Of a DNA stretch of 64,000 nt, positions 26,016 through 39,300 are shown piece after piece. This DNA is from Mobula hypostoma (taxonomy: Eukaryota). The notes under the pieces are model-generated. The model worked only from the letters and a program-made list of their open reading frames with translations. It did not search any database and had not been told where the DNA came from. The stretch covers positions 32,550,001 through 32,614,000 of the forward strand of contig NC_086119.1 in assembly GCF_963921235.1 (NCBI RefSeq), in the 5' to 3' direction. Made by a program: the position numbers and the translations under genes. Each line of letters opens with the position of its first letter. Position 1 is the first letter of the stretch.

Positions 26016-26505
26016 AATTTTAATTGTACCCCAAATTAATAAGTAGTCTATCTACTCTTGATTATCACTATTCTAAGCAATAAAAGTTCCAACTGAGTTT
26101 CGAATCATGAACAACAGAGAGAGACCCATCTTCAGAAGTCTTGGGACGGGTCAAATATCAAAAGATTACCAATCATTTTCAGTTCTGGCAGAAATTTTAT
26201 ACCAGGTGGATATATTGAGACTCATGTTCCCATGAGTAGTTACATAACTGGAAGGAATAACAGAAGTCAAGACATGTTCTTTTTAGCTTTTAGGGTCTGT
26301 AAGAAATGCAATTTTATTAAGTTTCTTTACTGTCTTAATATAAAGTTTCTATGTAGAAACAAAAAAAAGGGGAACTTTTTTATCAAGTCTGATAGCATTC
26401 AGGAGAGAAAAACAAAAATTAACATTTTAGTCCAAAGATATTATATCAAGAAAATCACAATTCGTGATTAATTTCTGACAGTATTTTAGTTCTGTGATGA
26501 GAGGA

Positions 26506-26837
26506 TGTAAGAACCCAAGTGCTGGAGAAACTGAGACTAGAATCGAGACACGATTTCAAGACTGAGATGAGAACAGATTTCTTGACTGGATGCTAGTCGA
26601 GAAACTGACGAGACTAGATAAGAATTCAAATGAGACAGAAATCCTAAACGCATCGCAGACTGAACCAAAGTAGAGCTGACAACTGAGCCCCTAACCTGAG
26701 TTCAGATGTTCTTTAAATATCCAAATCTTGACGCCAAAACATGGCCGCCAATTAGTGGAGCTGGGCAGAATCTTTAAAGAGACTGCGCCAGCGATCCGTA
26801 CTCCGGAAGCTGGTGCAGTCAGGTGTGTACCATAACA
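26506..26837 (-). mobile_element. Possible solo LTR
   Basis: TG...CA ends, shares motif with 10414-10801; no clean TSD. Confidence 0.5.
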
Positions 26838-29399
26838 AGTTTGGCTTGGAGGTGTTCAGATATCGTGATTGTTTGTCAAAACTGAATATTTTTAGGTTTT
26901 TTTAAAGTATTTTAGACAAGTGCATCAATTTTAATTTCCAAAATAAATAACAAAAATGTTGGCAATGATAATAATAATAATTCACATCATCCATTGCTGT
27001 CTGTGGTTTTCACTATTCAAGGTTTTTCTTTACCATGCTAGAATTATTCTCCAATTGTCAGCAAATAAAACTGATCAGTGGCCTTGGCTATGTATCTGAA
27101 TTTTGAAAGCCAGACCCTGAAAGGACAATTATATAGCGTATTTCCAAATACTAAATTGTCAGTGACAAAGGCTGAATTTTTGAATAGGTCTCCACATTTT
27201 TTTCTGTTAATAATTTTAACTGAAAATTCAACTCTAAATCCTACTACTCTTTTTATATTTCAGATGTCCAATGTCTGCAACATTCTGTTTGAGCTCCATT
27301 TGGTTCTGTGTCCAAATTAATCTAATCAAGTAACCTTTCCAATAACCATTGTCCAATTCTCCAGAATTCTACATTCCACCTTTCAGAAAAGATGGCAAAG
27401 CACCACAACCAAGTCACAGTGGGTAATATGCATTACTCACTGTAATTCTAATCCTGACTAATAATCTGAGTATGTTTATGCATGCACAACACGTATAAGG
27501 ACTCAGGTTGCCGATTATAAAGTATTCAGTTTGCTTATGAGAAACATCAATTTTCCACAGGCACAAACTATAATGTAGACTTTTAATATTCAATTTGCAA
27601 TTCCTTTTAAGTAAAATAAAGTTATCTATTGAATACCAAGATAGTCTATGGTTAGCAAAGTGAATATATCAAGAACAATAGTGATGTAAGCTACTCATTA
27701 GAGCCCATAGTCTCCTCGAGCTCGACAGAAAGGACACAATGAGTCACACAATGCTCAGCAATTGCTATTGGGATTTGCTCTTGTTATCAGGATAGATACT
27801 TATATTTTAGGAGATTACCTGATGCAGTATGTCAGCTCAGAACTTGCAAAAGCTTACAATGGCTCAACAGCTCTTTTTAATATCACAGGATGTATACAGT
27901 ATACAACCTGAAATTCTTATTCTCCACAGACATCTTCGAAACAGAAGAAAAACTCCAAAGAATGAAAGACAGAAAAAATGTAAGAACCCCAAAGCCTCCT
28001 GCCCTTCCCACATACAAGCAGCATCAAATCACAACAGCTGTCCTCCCTCCCCCTCCCCCCACTTATTCCAGCAGAAGGTGTCAGCATTCCCACCACCCAC
28101 CATCCATTCATTATTCTTGAATTTACTGAGCCATTCTTCCCCATGCCACATTTTCCTCGTAATGCTGTCCTGGGCTCTCTCATTACCTCAACCTACGTCT
28201 GGGCAGTAGTTCTAATCCCCTGTCATTCCCTCCTCAGCTCCAATCCCCCTACCACATTTTACCTCTCATTTGAAGAAAATTAGAACTCTCAGTAGTTCAG
28301 CTGAGAACCCATCAGTTAGTTCTTACTGGAAGGGAAAAAGATTATAAAAAGCTGGATGAATTGTTTTAAGGACCATATCATGGAGTAACAGTTCAGTCAT
28401 TCTAGTCCTTTGAGTCCTCATTGCAAAAGTCTGCAATCTCGGTCCACAATTTTCTGTCCATTAACTTTAATGAAGGGAAATGATTTGTCAGCAATTCAAT
28501 TATCATTATTATGAGACTATTGCGTTGGTAGAAATCAGACCAGATAGAATTCCTATATTCTTATGTAACATATAGATTAATATTACCAACGACTACACCG
28601 TGACAGTACTCGATATTTATGCTCCTAAGGGATATTACTGTGCCATACAATCACAATTATCTTGACATATGCTAGTAATGGGATTTGCTGTATCTCTTTG
28701 GAGACATTGATGGATGTTCTAACTGTCCTTTATTAATCAATAAACGAGGATTCAGGGCCTCACATGGATATATGAGTATATTCATTATGGTTCTGTAATT
28801 CTTAGCAGTTGAGAACAAAAATATATACGTATGTTTTTGAATGAAAATAGTTAAAAAAAAGCCTCTATCTTCATATCATTGTTAATATTCACTGGACTCC
28901 TAGATGCACTACTCATTCAATGCAGTGTTGTTGGTTCATACTAGGTGTATTAAAGAAGCTAAATCTTCATTGATCACGTCAGCATTGCATCCAATCTTTG
29001 AAAGATGTTTATACAGTTTTTTTTTCTTGCACAAGGTCACGGTATAAGAGCTAGCAAAGTCAGACTGGATCCAATTTCCCACGAGACCTCTCATATACAT
29101 CAAGCAAGTGAAAAATCAAAGGAAAAAGAACTGCAGATGCTGGAAATCTAAAATTAAAGCAAAAAGGAATGCCAGCAATACTCAGCGGGTCAGGCCGCAT
29201 TTGAGGAAAAAGTAACAGAATCAATTTTTCAAGTCAAAGACCCCTTGTTATATTCATCATCTCATGCATGAAACCAGATATTACTCATTAGTTGGGTAAA
29301 CAATTCGAACTAAAACTATAGGACAATGAATGCAGTTTCACCACTGATGCTGGTATGAAGCTGTCTCATTCAACGGCAGTAAAACTGTGAATCAGAGTT

Positions 29400-30772
29400 A
29401 GATAGATAGATAGATAGACAGACATACTTTATTGATCCTGAGGGAAATTGGGTTTCGTTACAATTGCACCAACCAAGAATAGAGTGTAAATATAGCAATA
29501 TAAAACCAAAAATAATTAAATAATAATATGTAAATTATGCCAGATGGAAATAAGTCCAGGACCCTCCTGTTGGCTCAGGGTGCCTGACCCTCCAAGGGAG
29601 GAGTTGTAAAGTTTGATGGCCACAGGCAGGAATGACTTCCTATGACACTCAGTGTTGCATCTCGGTGAAATAAGTCTCTGGCTGAATGTACTCCTGTGCC
29701 CAACCAGTACATTATGTAGTGGATGGGAGACATTGTCCAAGATGGCATGCAACTTGGACAGCATCCTCTTTTCAGACACCAAGAGTCCAGTTCCATCCCC
29801 ACAACATCACTGGCCTTACGAATGAGTTTGTTGATTCTGTTGGTGCCTGCTACCCTCAGCCTGTTGCCCCAGCACACAACAGCAAACATGATAGCACTGG
29901 CCACCACAGACTCATAGAACATCCTCAGCATCGTCCGGCAGTTGTTAAAGGACCTCAGTCTCCTCAGGAAATAGAGACGGCTCTGACCCTTCTTGTAGAC
30001 AGCCTCAGTGTTCTTTGACCAGTCCAGTTTATTGTCAATTCGTATCCCCAGGTATTTGTAATCCTCCACCATGTCCACACTGACTCCCTGGATGGAAACA
30101 GGGGTCACCGGTGCCTTAGCTCTCCTCAGGTCTACCACCAGCTCCTTAGTCTTTTTCACATTAAGCTGCAGATAATTCTGCTCACACCATGTGACAAAGT
30201 TTCCTACTGTAGCCCAGTACTCAGCCTCATCTCCCTTGCTGATGCATCCAACTATGGCAGAGTTATCAGAAAACTTCTGAAGATGACAAGACTCTGTGCA
30301 GTAGTTGAAGTCCGAGGTGTAAATGATGAAGAGAAAGGGAGACAAGACAGTCCTCTGTGGAGCCCCAGTGCTGCTGACCACTCTGTCTGACACACAGTGT
30401 TGCAAGCACACATACTGTGGTATGCCAGTCAGATAATCAATAATCCATGACACCAGGAAAGCATCCACCTGCATCGCCGTCAGCTTCTCCCCCAGCAGAG
30501 CAGGGCGGATGGTGTTGACCACACTGGAGAAGTCAAAAAACATGACCCTCACAGTGCTCGCTGGCTTGTCCAGGTGGGTGTAGACACAGTTCAGCAGGTA
30601 GACGATGGCGTCCTCAACTCCTAGTCAGGGCTGGTAGGTGAACTGGAGGGTGTCTAAGTGTGGCCTGACCATAGGCCGGAGCAGCTCCAGAACAAGTCTC
30701 TGCAGGGTCTTCACGATGCGGGAGGTCAATGCCACCGGTCTGTAGTCATTGAAGCCACTGGGGTATGGCGTC
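29400..30772 (-). mobile_element. Rex1/Babar LINE, 5'-truncated, relatively young
   Basis: 325-aa ORF 29575-30552 (FFDFSS, TGAPQ.TVLSPFLF, FSDNS, LNVKKTKE, YKYLG); (tcta)n tail. Confidence 0.95.
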
Positions 30773-31297
30773 CTAGATAACAAAATATGTATTAGCTACT
30801 GGTAATACATATTTTGTTGTAAAGCTACTGTTTTGAAAGCCCCTCATAATAATGTTTCAGGGACCTTGAACCATTGCAGATGTTTGAATGCATGAGATAT
30901 GTTTTCTGTTAATTCACTGAAATCAGATTAGGAGAATAACATGATGTCATAATAGCTGCTCTAATGACATCGCAGCTTCCTGATAATAAAACCTAACTGC
31001 CTAATGTGTCTACATAATGGATACCTGGGAGTGATTACAAGACACTAATTTAATTGTAACTATCTTCAGAAGGCAGAGATTTGATTAGTCTTAAAATTAC
31101 TCCAGGGTATCTGATATATTTATAATATATATATGGTTAATTTTGTGAAAAACGCAGTATCGGTGCTCTTCAATTGTTGTCAGTGTGGTTCATGAGTTCC
31201 AGATTTCAGACAGGCAAATATATAATCAATACTCACTGAGAAATCCTGTAGCCAGTGCAGATCCCATGTACTTTGAGGGTCTTGATTAAATATAGTA

Positions 31298-31428
31298 AAC
31301 ATGAGAAAGTCTGCAGATGCTAGAAATCCATTGCAACACACGAGATGCTGGAGGAACTCAACAGTTCAGGTAGCATCGATGGAAATGAATAAATAGTCGA
31401 CGCTTTGGGCTGAGACCCTTCATCGGGA
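31298..31428 (-). mobile_element. Short PLE-terminus-derived element
   Basis: Minus strand ccgatgaagggtctcagcccaaagcgtcgact (decayed hammerhead) plus pLTR tail. Confidence 0.75.
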
Positions 31429-32344
31429 GGTTTGTGCAATATAAATGTATTTTTATAATAATAGTTATATTGCACAAACTTCAATAGGATATAGAAAAAT
31501 ATGCATTTGGAATCAAAGGGGATTAATGAGTAAATATATAATTACAATTAAAGCAATTGTTCAGTTACATTTGTGAATAATCAGACCTAATGTTCAAGTC
31601 AATCATCTGAGCACCATGAGTGATTCTTAAAATTCTTTGGCAACAAAAAGATTGCTTTCATACTGCATGCTGATCCACCCTAATACATGTGGTTTAAACC
31701 ATGTAATTTTTGATAAATAGGAGATTTACTCGCATGTCTAAAGTTTAACACAGGCTATGAAGAGAAGTGGGAAATGATACTTTCTGTACTTTAACAAAGG
31801 ACTTGCATGAATAGGGTGCTTAATCCCAAGTCCCAAAGTGGTTTGCACTCAATTCATTCCTTTTAAAATTGAGTCATTGTGTTTTGAAGTTAGCCGTTTC
31901 CAAAGCACAAATCCCAAAGGCAGCAAATGGATAAATAATCAGGTAATTCATTTTTCGCATATTTGTTGTGAGATAGTATATTACCAGCCTATAAATTCAT
32001 CAGTGGGATCTTTTACATCCACTGTAAGGGCAACAATGCAGCTCCTGTGCAAAAGTTCAGTACCAAAATCAGAATCAGGTTTATTATGGTTGTCTTATAT
32101 GGTGTGAAATGTGTTGTTTTGCAGCAGCAGTACAGTGCAAAGTTAATATAAATCAATCAATAAATAACTAATTCGGACTTCTGGTCAGGGTGGCGCCCGC
32201 GTACAATGCTCTTTCGGTCAACATCTTCTGGATAGATGTTCATGAGACCATGACAGCCCATGTCATATGAAACGGCACATAATGATGAGGATGGTGATAC
32301 CAGGCTACGATGCAACCAGACAGAAAGCTCCCCACTGACGTTTA

Positions 32345-33015
32345 TTAGATTAGATTATGAGAACACTCAGTCCTCTTTTTATTGTCATTTAGAAATGCAT
32401 ACATGCATTAAGAAATGATACAATGTTTCTCCGGAGTGATATCACAGAAAACAGGACAGACCAAAGACTAACACTGACAGAACTACATAATTATAACATA
32501 TAGTTACAGCAGTGCAAAGCAATACCACAATTTGATGAAGAACAAACCATGGGCACGGTAAATAAAGCCTCAGAAGTCCCCGAGTCGATCGACTCCCGAG
32601 TCCCCGATAGCAGGCGGCAAAAGGGAGAAACTCCCTGCCATAAACCTCCAGGCACCGTCAACTTCCCGATGCCTTGGAAGCAGCCGACCACAGCCGACAC
32701 TGAGTCCATCCGTCCGAAAACTTCAAGCTTCTGACCAGCCTCCCAAACGCCATCCTCTGCCGAGCGCCTTCGACCTCGCCCCCGGCCACTGAAACCCGCA
32801 AAACCGAGGATTTCGGGGCCTTCTGCTCCAGAGATTCCAGTTACCACACAGTAGCAGCGGCAGCAAAGCGGGCATTTCAGAAGTTTTCCAGATGTTCCTC
32901 CGTGCTCTCACGTCTGTCTTCATCAAATCAGAGTTGTGCACGGTCCCCTACTTGACAGATAACAGACATCATCACCGAAGTGGCCGCGCGCGCGCTGCCA
33001 TCTTCTCCTCCCTCC
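32345..33015 (-). mobile_element. Non-autonomous element family A, copy 2
   Basis: Same termini and body as 5880-6508; CpG-rich; (taatc)n tail. Confidence 0.8.
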
Positions 33016-33450
33016 TTATAGACATCTATAAGACTCTTTGGGACAACACCAAATCTCCTCAAACTCCTAAAGAAGCAGAGCAGCTGGCATGCCATCCTCA
33101 GGACTGCATCAATACATTGGGTCATGGACAGATCTTCCAAGATGTTGACACCCAAAGAGCTTAACACTGCTCACCCTTTCCACCATTGCAAATAAAGATA
33201 GTGTGTGTGTTCCCCCCGACATCCCCTTCCTGAAGCCCATATTCCTTGGTCTTGCTGGTATTGAGTACAATGTTGCTGTTGAACACCACTCAACCAGCCA
33301 ATCTATCTCACTCATGGTGCACCTATTCATTACCATCTGAGATTTTACCAACAACAGTGGCATCATCTGTGAATTTATAAATGGCATTTGAGCTGTGCTT
33401 AGCTGCACAGTCATGAGTGTAGAGAGAGTAGAACAGTGGGCCAAGCACGT
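33016..33450 (-). mobile_element. Decayed Rex1/Babar RT fragment
   Basis: I.KF.DD.TVVG.I, VEW, VERVSS.K.LGV motifs across frames. Confidence 0.7.
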
Positions 33451-34599
33451 ATCATTAAAGTATGTGATTATGTGGTCAAGGTCGCAATAGGTAATTGACA
33501 TTATAAATGGAAGCAAAATACACCACACAAGGACCATTTCATCCCTCCCAATTCATGAGTCAGGACCTTTGGTCATTACAGTACCACATGTAATCTGAGA
33601 CAGTTGAATTTGTGCAATGAAAAATGGACTCATACTGTACAAAGTGACTGACACATGATATATATTTGTACAATAATTCTCTTTCATTTTTAACTGTTTC
33701 TTGAACTCTCTCAGATGATATAATAAGTAGAGATATTTGTTTATACAGTATAATTTATTATTCAAGAGATACAGTATCTTCTTGCAGCCTAAGGTTCCTT
33801 TGCCCAAGACTCAGAACAGTAATGGTTCTGACATTGTCCCCTGAGAAATTCCAATTCTTATACTGTATCTATTTATCCCACTCACATGTTATCACTCACC
33901 ACTTTAAAAGTTGTACGCACAACATAATTTGCATTTTTGGAGACACCGCCTTCACCCTTATTAGGGAGAGTGTGAGCCTGTGGTCTGTCGTATACTGGGT
34001 GAAACGCGAAGTCTTTAGGGTAACTGCAAGTCTGTGACTTTGCTATTGCTTTGCTCACACTTGAGTGCTCAGTGGCAGGTGCCAATGCTTTTTCTTGCCG
34101 GTGGGTTGGGTGGGTGGTGAGGGAGGGGGACTTCAGGGTTCTAACATTTAACTGTCATTGGTTCTTTGGGGCACTCCTCTGTTTTCGTGGATGGTTGCGA
34201 AGAAAAAACATTTCAGGATGTATATTGTATACATTTCTCTGATATTCAATTGGATCTTTGAACCTTTGATTTTCTTTGTAGATATATTCCATGATTTTTT
34301 GTTAAAAAAATATACTATTTACCTTTCATAGAACTGTCTTGTGTTTTTCCCTTTAGTTACCTCCACCAGAGGTTTTAAGGTCACAATGCACATGATACCA
34401 ACATCCATTGTCACCAAAATTGACATTTTCTTCCAATTGACTCACAGCTCAATGAGATGTTCTGTTTGTAATCGGGGAAGATTGCAATATATTAACAATA
34501 TAACTAACCAGAAATATAAGTGCAATGCAAATTCCAAACAAAGTGTACTCTTTCTTAGGAATAAAACTCCATTGTAGGGGAGCAATGTTAATGGCTGAC

Positions 34600-35063
34600 A
34601 CCTTATATTCCGTCTGGGTAGCCTCCAACCTGATGGCATGAACATTGACTTCTCTAACTTCCGCTAGGCCCCACCTCCCCCTCGTACCCCATCTGTTACT
34701 CATTTTTATGCACACATTCTTTCTCTCACTCTCCTTTTTCTCCCTCTGTCCCTCTGAATATACCTCTTGCCCATCCTCTGGGTCACACCCCCCCCCCCCG
34801 TCTTTCTTCCCGGACCTCCTGTCCCATGATCCTCTCATATCCCCTTTTGCCTATCACCTGTCCAGCTCTCGGCTCTATCCCTCCCCCTCCTGTCTTCTCC
34901 TATCATTTTGCATCTCCCCCTCCCCCTCCAGCTTTCAAATCCCTTACTCACTCTTCCTTCAGTTAGTCCTGACGAAGGGTCTCGGCCTGAAACGTCGACT
35001 GCGCCTCTTCCTATAGATGCTGCTTGGCCTGCTGCGTTCACCAGCAACTTTGATGTGTGTTGC
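34600..35063 (+). mobile_element. PLE 3' fragment
   Basis: Exact 12-bp TSD ttaatggctgac at 34588-34599 and 35064-35075; GIY-YIG end, UTR, pLTR. Confidence 0.95.
34965..35000 (+). ncRNA. Minimal type I hammerhead ribozyme, intact core
   Basis: Stem I agtc/gact, CUGACGA (34969-34975), stem II agg/cct, GAAA (34989-34992), palindromic ACGU stem III, predicted cut after GUC at 34996. Confidence 0.85.
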
Positions 35064-35573
35064 TTAATGGCTGACTTCCATTTTGGCCCATCAGTGGTGC
35101 ACCAGCAATTTATATCCTATCTTTTTGGTGTGAGCAATTTGCATCATGTCTGTGGCAAATAAATATTGACTCCTGCATTTAAATAAAGTGAAAGGGACAG
35201 TCTTAAATATTTGTATAGAAATGACTATTTCAGTTTTGGAAAGTGAAGTGTATTTTGTCCTGCATAAGGTACCCAACAAGAGGCTTAATAGAGCCTTGTT
35301 CAAAAGCAGGGACTCTTAACCTGGGGGTCCACAGACCCTCAGGGCTCTACAGGTAGATTCCCAGGAGGCCATGTAATTTTCTTCCCATCTAAGTCCATCT
35401 TTATATTCACTACCTCTGACTGAACTGTAGCATTTCCTTCAATTATAAACGTAGGCAACAAACCACAGTAGTATTAGCAGTACCTGTGACTTTGCCACCA
35501 ATGGAAATCACAGATATCTTCTGATCATTTTACAGTTGTTGCAAATATCTCAATATATCATTTACTGCTCATC

Positions 35574-36059
35574 TGTCAGGATGCTGGAGCAGGGATCCAA
35601 TCGCAGACCCGGTACTGTGCACACAGTTATATTAATTGGGTAACAAATCCCAAGGTGCAAACAAAGTTAGTGTCAAAGTTCAGGCAGAGATCAAAACATC
35701 CAACGAAATCCAAAAACCAGAATCAAGAAATAGGCAGAGTCAATATTCAGACAAACAGAGTACAAATACAAAGGCTGAGGAAAATTCACTGATACAATCT
35801 GGCAACAAACAGGTGAAAACACAGGACTGAAATACACTGAGCAATAAACAGAGAGGCAGATGATAGGTGGATCACAATGAGACACAGGTGGCAGCAATGC
35901 AGGTAATAATGCGAAAATGAAAGAGAGATGGAGTACTCAGTAATACAGGGACCGGAGCAGAGCAGGAGCAGGGACAGGAGGAATTGGCAATACAAAACCA
36001 CAGACTGACAGCTAGGGAGAAACACACAAAAATACAAAGTTCAGCTGGAGGTATTGACA
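35574..36059 (-). mobile_element. Solo LTR (same family as 56951-58179)
   Basis: tgtca...tgaca termini, near-TSD tcatc/ccatc; strand inferred. Confidence 0.85.
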
Positions 36060-36384
36060 CCATCACTACTTCAAAATTGCAATAGTTACCCTCCATTAGA
36101 TCGAATGTGATCACAGTCATCCTGTCTACAGATGCTTGGCAACATCGCTGGCCAACTAATGGACAGCTTAGTAGTTGTTCAGTCACCAAACGGTGAAGGT
36201 GCATGTTCTCATATTTATGACCCAGACATCTATGTTGCTCTGCATTATTCCCTTTCTATAATTGCTTGCTGATCAATGTGTAGAAGGAGGTGAGTCTTTT
36301 TTTATTGTTTGTTAAAGATTTGCAAAATTGGACAATTCAAATGGGAAACCTTAACTCTCTGAAAGGCCGTGTGGCCTTTTCTAA

Positions 36385-39300
36385 TGTAGGGGAACATAAC
36401 TGGTGGAAATGTACATAATACACATCCACCGACGTTGAATTGGTGTTTCACTTTAAGAGGCTGGTCTGATGTGATGATGTAATTGCGTAAAGGATTTTTA
36501 GCACCCTTTGTGGTCAGGATTTGGAGATCAATACCTGTATTGTTATGGTTTTCTTAAGCCTCACATCATTTGATTTGCAAAAGCCTACATTGGTACCACA
36601 GATGTTCTAGAACAATTGCAGAGTTATTGAACATGTTGGCCAATGCAGACACTTTAAGACTGGCTGGAGTTTCGGGAGTAAAATGCCGTCATTTGGTTCG
36701 CACAAGCCGAGGCCCAATTCACGCTGCGAAATATCTCCACCAACGACACCAAATGTTTCTATGTGGTAGTGTTACTCAGTAATTCCATGGCTGTGAGAGC
36801 GGTGAGTCTCCCAGAACAGCCGCCTGAACACGATAAGTACCGATCGCTGAAAGCTAACGTTTTACAGATTTTTGGACTATTGGAGTCTGAGTGCGCCAAA
36901 CAGTTTCTCTGCTTTCCTGGCCTCAGCGATACTACACCTTCGGAGCTAATGGACCATATGCTGTTTCTCCTGGGAAATCACCATCCTCGTTTGATTTTTG
37001 AAGAACTCCTCATGCAGCAAATGCCTGATCAAGTTCACATTGCCCTCCCTAATGCACCCATGAAGGACTTCAGGGAGCTTGCTAAAATGGCTGATAGTCT
37101 ACACTCAGCCAGGCAAAGATGCATAATCTCTCCTCATTTCCCTGCCTCAAAAAGCCTGGTCAGCAAAGCCTCCAACATCAGCTGCGAAAAGTGTGAAACA
37201 GACTCTGGCGGGTCTGTGTTTCTTACCATGCAGTCCTCACTTTGGTACGGATGCTGAGGAGTGCCAACCACCTTGCAGCAGCAACATTTCCAGCATATCG
37301 GGACATCAGAGCTGGGATCCAGCTGCCAGGGTCATCTACTTTTCATTACAGACACCCATTCAGAGTGACATGGGTGCTCGAGTCTGTGTACTGCAGCCAT
37401 CACCTATTGATGAGAAGGCAGACAGCGATGAAACCTCACTGGAGACCGTCCATGGCAGCAAGATCCAGACTCTGGGGCACGAATGGATGATGCTCTGCTT
37501 AAGTGGGTAACGTTACACATGGGACTTCGTCCTGGTTAAAGTGGCCAGATCTCTGCTTGGTGCAGATTTCCTGTGTGTCCAAGAGCTGTTCATCGATCTT
37601 AAGAACTGCCAGCTTGTGGATATCAAGGACTTGGGGATATGACCCTTCTCCCCCAGTAAGTTCCCCACAATGACTCTGTCAAGCACATGCACCACCACAT
37701 GTGAGTTTACTTGACTGCTGGGTGAATTCTCAACCTCACCAAGTCCACATTCTCCACTGCAGCCACAAAACAAAGGGTTGAGCACCACATTTCCACAACT
37801 GTCCTGCCAGTCCATGCCTGCGCCTGTAGACTGGACCCAGACAAGCTGTCAATGCGAAGGCTGAGTTTGCCAACATGGAAAGTCTTGGCATTGTACACAG
37901 TTCAAATAGCCCCTGAGCTTCACACCTGCACATGGTCCCTAAGTCCAATGGTGGTTGCTGCCCATGTAGCAATTACTGACGCCTTACCGAGGCCACCATC
38001 CCCGGACAACCAGGACTTCTCAGCACGTTTAGCTGGAAAGTTAATTTTTTTCTGAAGTCAATTTATTTAGGGGCTGCGTGCTCAGAGGACATTCAAGAAC
38101 TGCTGTGATAGCCCTATTTGGCCTGTTGAGTTTCTGAGCATGCGGTTGGGCTGAATAAAACTTTCCAACTACTGAGTATTCAATGTTCAAAGACTTAGAT
38201 TTTCTTTTTGTTTACCTGGATGATATACTGTACTTGTCACCAGGGAATCCAAATCTGAACCCATATCCCACCTCTGTCCACTTTCCAAGCGCTTAAGTCA
38301 ACGCGGGTTGATTATTAACCCTGTTAAATGCCAGTTTGAGTTGTCAACCATTGACTTCCTCAGCCAGCACATCTCCACAGAAGGTGTGAAACTTTTCCCA
38401 TCAAAGGTAGCTGCTATTATGGATTTCCCACCATCCCGCATTACTGAAAAACTGCAGGCAATTTTAGGTATGGTGAATTTCTATCACCGCTTCATTCCAT
38501 AAGCTGCTGAATTTATGCTTCCCCTGTATAGTGTGTGTAAAGGCAATACCCCTAATCAAGTGTTTGACCAGTCAGCAGACAGGACCAGGGCACTGGATGA
38601 TACCAAACAAGTTCTTTCCAATGTGACCCTCTGGCGCACCCACTCCCCAATACACCTATAGCCATTACCATCGACGCTCCAGACTACGCCACAGGTGCTG
38701 TGCACAAACAGTTGGTCAGAGGTGTGTGGCAGCTGCTCACCTTCTTCATCCGGCAGCTACATCCCCCCCAAAAAGAAGTGCAGCAAGTTTGACGGTGAGC
38801 TTCTCAGTCTCTGTCTGGCTGTTCGCCATTTTTGTTTCCTTCTAGAGGGCTGTTGTTTTACAGCGTTCATTGACCACAAACCCCTCTTCCACATGATGGC
38901 CAAAATATCAGACCCTTGGTCTATATGGCAGCAATGCCACCTGGCCTATATATCTGAGTTTACAACTGATATATAACTTATCAAGTGGAAAAATTATACC
39001 GTGGCTGATTGCCTCTCATGGCCAACTATTGAGGCTACACAAATAGGGCTTGGCAGGCAGCAAAGCTACTGACCCATAGGCCCAGGCTTACCAAACGGCA
39101 ATCACAGGCCTGCGGTTAGCTGACATTAAGTTCGGGGAAGCTGGGGTTTCTCTCCTGTGCCATATCTCAACTGGTTGCCCTTGCCCCATAGTGCCTGTAA
39201 ACTGGAGGCAGACTGTTTTTGACTCTATATATGACCTCTCGTATCCGGGCCTGAAGAAATCGATTGCACTAAAGTTTGTGTGGCACTGTCTTAGAAAGGA

